Assembly: GCA_934481505.1 (NCBI GenBank)
Contig: CAKSPP010000001.1
Coordinates: 1-36,969, forward strand
Length of the DNA: 36,969 nt
DNA from: an uncultured Eubacteriales bacterium
Lineage (GTDB): Bacteria > Bacillota > Clostridia > Oscillospirales > UBA644
Direction: 5' to 3'
This document shows positions 34,300 to 36,969 of this stretch, in pieces. The position numbers and the translations under genes are program-made. Within the stretch, counting starts at the first letter, position 1. Every line of letters starts with the position of its first letter. The notes under the pieces are model-generated. The model did not search any database, had not been told where the DNA came from, and worked only from the letters and a program-made list of their open reading frames with translations.

Positions 34300-35475
34300 T
34301 TATAAGAACACCCGAAGTCTGAACACGGCGGTATTGATATCCCGCGGCAGGGCAAGCGACGAAAGGCGAAAATATCCTTCGCCCGACGGTCCGAAACCCG
34401 CACCCGGAGTTCCGACGATATGTGCCCCGTAGAGAAGTCTCGAAAAAAAATTTTCGGAAGTTGTTTTTTCGGGAAGGCAAAGCCAGAGGTAGGGGGAATT
34501 TACGCCGCCGTAAAATTTCAGTTTCTTTTCGGCGAACACCTTGCCGAGCATCGCGGCGTTATGCAGATATTCCGAAATGTTCCGCATATTTTCCTCTCTG
34601 CCTTTCGGCAGCAGGGCGGCTTCCGCACCCCTTTGGGAAATATACGATACTCCGTTTTTCTCTGCGGAAAGCTTTCGCAGAAACGCGGCGTTGACATTTT
34701 CCCCGCCGCACCTTAACGCCGACGGGACGACCGACCAGCCGCAACGTATCCCGGTAAAGCCCGCACCTTTGGAAAAGCTGCAAATTTCGACCGCACACTT
34801 TTCCGCTCCCGAAATTTCGAAAATCGAAAACGGTTTTTCTTCGGTGATAAAATCGCGATAGGCGGCGTCGAAAATTATGACGGAGGATGTTGCAAGGGCG
34901 AATTTTACCCATTTTTCAAGGTCTTCTTTTGAATAGGTTTCGCCCGTCGGGTTTCCCGGCGAACAGAGAATTATTATCAGGTTTTCGCCTGTCTCCTCGT
35001 CGGGGAGCGGCAAAAATCCGTTTTCTTCCGTTCCTTTTATATATACGGGAGTTTTTCCCGAAAGAACGGCGATTTCGGCATACGCGGGATATGAGGGTTC
35101 GCAGATAAGCACCTTTGACGACGAAAAAAACCCGATAAAATTCACGATGTCGCTTTTAGCCCCGTCCGAAACGAAAATTTCGTCTTCCGAAATCGGGATT
35201 CCGTTTGACATATAAAGGGCGGATATCGCTTTTAAGAGAAACGGAAAACCGCGTGTCGGCGGATAGCCTTTGAATGTTTTTATGTGTTCTTCTTCGGCGG
35301 CGGCTCGTTTCATTGCCGAAACGACCGTTTTGCCGAGAGAAAGCCGCACATCCCCTATGCCGAGGTCTATAATCTCCGCTTTCGGTTCTCTTTTCAAGAA
35401 TTCCGCCTTGCGGCGTGCGGTTTCGTTAAAGAGATAATTTTCTGGCAGTCTTTTGAAATTTTCATTTATCTTCAT
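34300..35475 (-). CDS. dapL: LL-diaminopimelate aminotransferase
   Basis: The N-terminal MKINENFKRLPENYLFNE matches the DapL (INENF/Y..L...YLF.E) start. It has a class-I aminotransferase body with SFSKGAGFTGIRCGW (PLP-Lys). The ATG at 35475 follows GAGGAG by 9 nt. It lies downstream of dapB and dapF. Confidence 0.85.
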   Translation of the reverse strand: MKINENFKRLPENYLFNETARRKAEFLKREPKAEIIDLGIGDVRLSLGKTVVSAMKRAAAEEEHIKTFKGYPPTRGFPFLLKAISALYMSNGIPISEDEIFVSDGAKSDIVNFIGFFSSSKVLICEPSYPAYAEIAVLSGKTPVYIKGTEENGFLPLPDEETGENLIIILCSPGNPTGETYSKEDLEKWVKFALATSSVIIFDAAYRDFITEEKPFSIFEISGAEKCAVEICSFSKGAGFTGIRCGWSVVPSALRCGGENVNAAFLRKLSAEKNGVSYISQRGAEAALLPKGREENMRNISEYLHNAAMLGKVFAEKKLKFYGGVNSPYLWLCLPEKTTSENFFSRLLYGAHIVGTPGAGFGPSGEGYFRLSSLALPRDINTAVFRLRVFL

Positions 35476-36253
35476 CGTTAAATACTCCTCTGAACGCGGT
35501 GTGGGCATCCCCCGAAATTATAATGCCGTCGTCCGTCACTTCCGTTTCGGTAATTCCTCCCGGCGTCCTGACGATAAATTTCTCGTTTTTACCTATTCTG
35601 CCTATCTTTTCGGCTGCCGCCGCAACCGCCGCCGCCCCCGAAGAGCAGGAAAGCGTTTCGCCGCTGCCTCGTTCCCATACCCTCATAAACGCTTCGCCGT
35701 TTTTTATTTCCCCGACAAATTCGACATTCGGAACGCTGTCGGCAGGGGCTTTTTCCTGAACGAAGCTCCCGATTTTTTCAATTTCCGTTTTTTCGGGGTC
35801 ACAATTAAACAAAACGCTGTGAAAATTTCCTATCTTTACGGAATAAAAAATATATCCCTTTCCCTCAAAAATTACCTTTTGCGAAAATGCCCCGACCGAG
35901 GTTTTCCCCATATTGACATATGTTTTGCCGTCCGAAACGGTAAGATTTCTTACCCCTCCGCCCGTTTCGACGGTGAATCCGCTTTTCCCGAATTTTTCGG
36001 AAAGAAATTTCCCGAGGCACCTCAGTGCGTTTCCGCAGGTCGCGGCTTCGCTTCCGTCGGCGTTGAAAATCCTCATTTTCGCGTCGCAGGTTTTTGACGG
36101 CAAAATGAGGACTATCCCGTCGGAGCCTACCGAAAAATGCCTCGGCGACATCTTTTTTGCCAGAATTTCAGGATTTTTTATTTCTTTTTCAAAGCAGTCG
36201 AAATATATGTAATCGTTTCCCGATGCCTGCATTTTTATGAATTCATATTTCAC
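35462..36253 (-). CDS. dapF: Diaminopimelate epimerase
   Basis: FIKMQASGNDYIYFD (F.KM.G.GND motif), with catalytic Cys regions GNALRCL and ETLSCSSGAAA. A GTG start at 36253 follows GGAGG by 8 nt. The ORF-track ATG at 36343 would overlap dapB by 100 nt. Confidence 0.82.
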   Translation of the reverse strand: MKYEFIKMQASGNDYIYFDCFEKEIKNPEILAKKMSPRHFSVGSDGIVLILPSKTCDAKMRIFNADGSEAATCGNALRCLGKFLSEKFGKSGFTVETGGGVRNLTVSDGKTYVNMGKTSVGAFSQKVIFEGKGYIFYSVKIGNFHSVLFNCDPEKTEIEKIGSFVQEKAPADSVPNVEFVGEIKNGEAFMRVWERGSGETLSCSSGAAAVAAAAEKIGRIGKNEKFIVRTPGGITETEVTDDGIIISGDAHTAFRGVFNDEDK

Positions 36254-36962
36254 CGAAATCGCCTCCGAACAAATCTTCAATGCCGTAAAGTCCGCTTTTT
36301 TTGCCGATAATAAATTTTGCGGCGGCAAGTGCTCCCTCGGCATAAGCCGTCCTGCTGTTTACGGAATGGCGTAAAGTTACAGTCTGCGACGGCGTTGCGA
36401 AAATCACTTCATGCGTTCCGCATATATCTCCGAGCCGCAGCGAGTGTATTCCGACTTCGTTCTTTTTGCGGCAGCCGCCGTCTTTTGAAAGACGGGCTTC
36501 GGGTCTTACGCTTTTTATAAAATCAAAACACAAAAGTGCGGTTCCGCTCGGGCTGTCTTTTTTTCGGGAATGGTGCGTTTCTATAATTTCGATATCGGCG
36601 TCGGGAAAAAACTTTGCCGCACGCTTTGCAGACAGCAAAAGAAACGCCGCTCCGAGAGAAAGGTTTGCGGAAAGGAAAACCGGGACGGTTTCGGCAGCCT
36701 TTTTTATTAGCGAGATTTCGTTGTCAGCGTAACCCGTCGCCGCAAGCACCGCAGGCATCTTTTTTGCTGTGATAAAGTCGGTGATTTCCTTTACCGCGGT
36801 TTTTTCGGAAAAATCGACAAGGACATCCGCTTTCTTACAAAAAGTTGAAAGTCTTTCGGTTAAAATGTCAAATTTTCCGACGACCGAAATCCTGTTTTTT
36901 TCGCAATATTCAATAAAGGTGCCGCCCATTCTTCCGGCGGCTCCGTTAATCAAAATTTCCAT
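36243..36962 (-). CDS. dapB: 4-hydroxy-tetrahydrodipicolinate reductase
   Basis: MEILINGAAGRMG Rossmann start and E.HH..K.DSPSGTA (ETHHSRKKDSPSGTAL) catalytic motif. The start is 7 nt from the window edge, so upstream signals cannot be seen. Confidence 0.88.
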   Translation of the reverse strand: MEILINGAAGRMGGTFIEYCEKNRISVVGKFDILTERLSTFCKKADVLVDFSEKTAVKEITDFITAKKMPAVLAATGYADNEISLIKKAAETVPVFLSANLSLGAAFLLLSAKRAAKFFPDADIEIIETHHSRKKDSPSGTALLCFDFIKSVRPEARLSKDGGCRKKNEVGIHSLRLGDICGTHEVIFATPSQTVTLRHSVNSRTAYAEGALAAAKFIIGKKSGLYGIEDLFGGDFGEI

Positions 36963-36969
36963 TTTCCGC

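Overview
This is a 36,969-bp chromosomal window that looks like a spore-forming Clostridia genome, possibly Oscillospiraceae/Ruminococcus-like. That guess rests on gene content only: glgD, a PdaA-like deacetylase, the DapL lysine route, and cohesin/dockerin modules. CDS coordinates include the stop codon, as in the ORF track.

Gene order:
- 117-4327 (+): translationally coupled licD plus a CapE/F/G-like (FnlABC-like) UDP-2-acetamido-6-deoxy-L-hexose operon.
- 4363-11390: a metal and drug block. It holds a CopZ-like HMA protein, a MATE / MerR(GyrI-like) / GNAT operon, a P1B-type ATPase with an unannotated 54-aa membrane ORF, csoR, and a second MATE gene.
- 11481-15212 (-): pyruvyl transferase, FrhB-like Fe-S protein and Wzx flippase.
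- Two standalone tRNA-Arg genes (CCT and TCT).
- 15641-23181 (+): glgB-glgC-glgD-glgA followed by a GH13 enzyme.
- Two NodB-type deacetylases, an RluA-family pseudouridine synthase, and a thioredoxin-fold protein with WCEES in place of WCGPC.
- An LCP protein, an RlmA-like methyltransferase, a Gfo/Idh/MocA oxidoreductase, and an orphan 493-aa tail-anchored protein.
- An 875-aa secreted BspA-type LRR protein ending in cohesin-like and dockerin modules.
- dapB-dapF-dapL (-).

I found no CRISPR array, transposase, integrase, recognisable defence genes or rRNA. I do not see a convincing multi-gene novel system. The best candidates for novelty are:
- the LRR/cohesin/dockerin protein with its near-identical 69-bp cassettes;
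- the orphan membrane protein upstream of it;
- the CsoR-controlled atypical ATPase with its small coupled ORF;
- the FrhB-like protein inside a pyruvylation/flippase operon that may be leaderless;
- the monothiol thioredoxin.

All family assignments come from motif recognition by eye, not from database searches.
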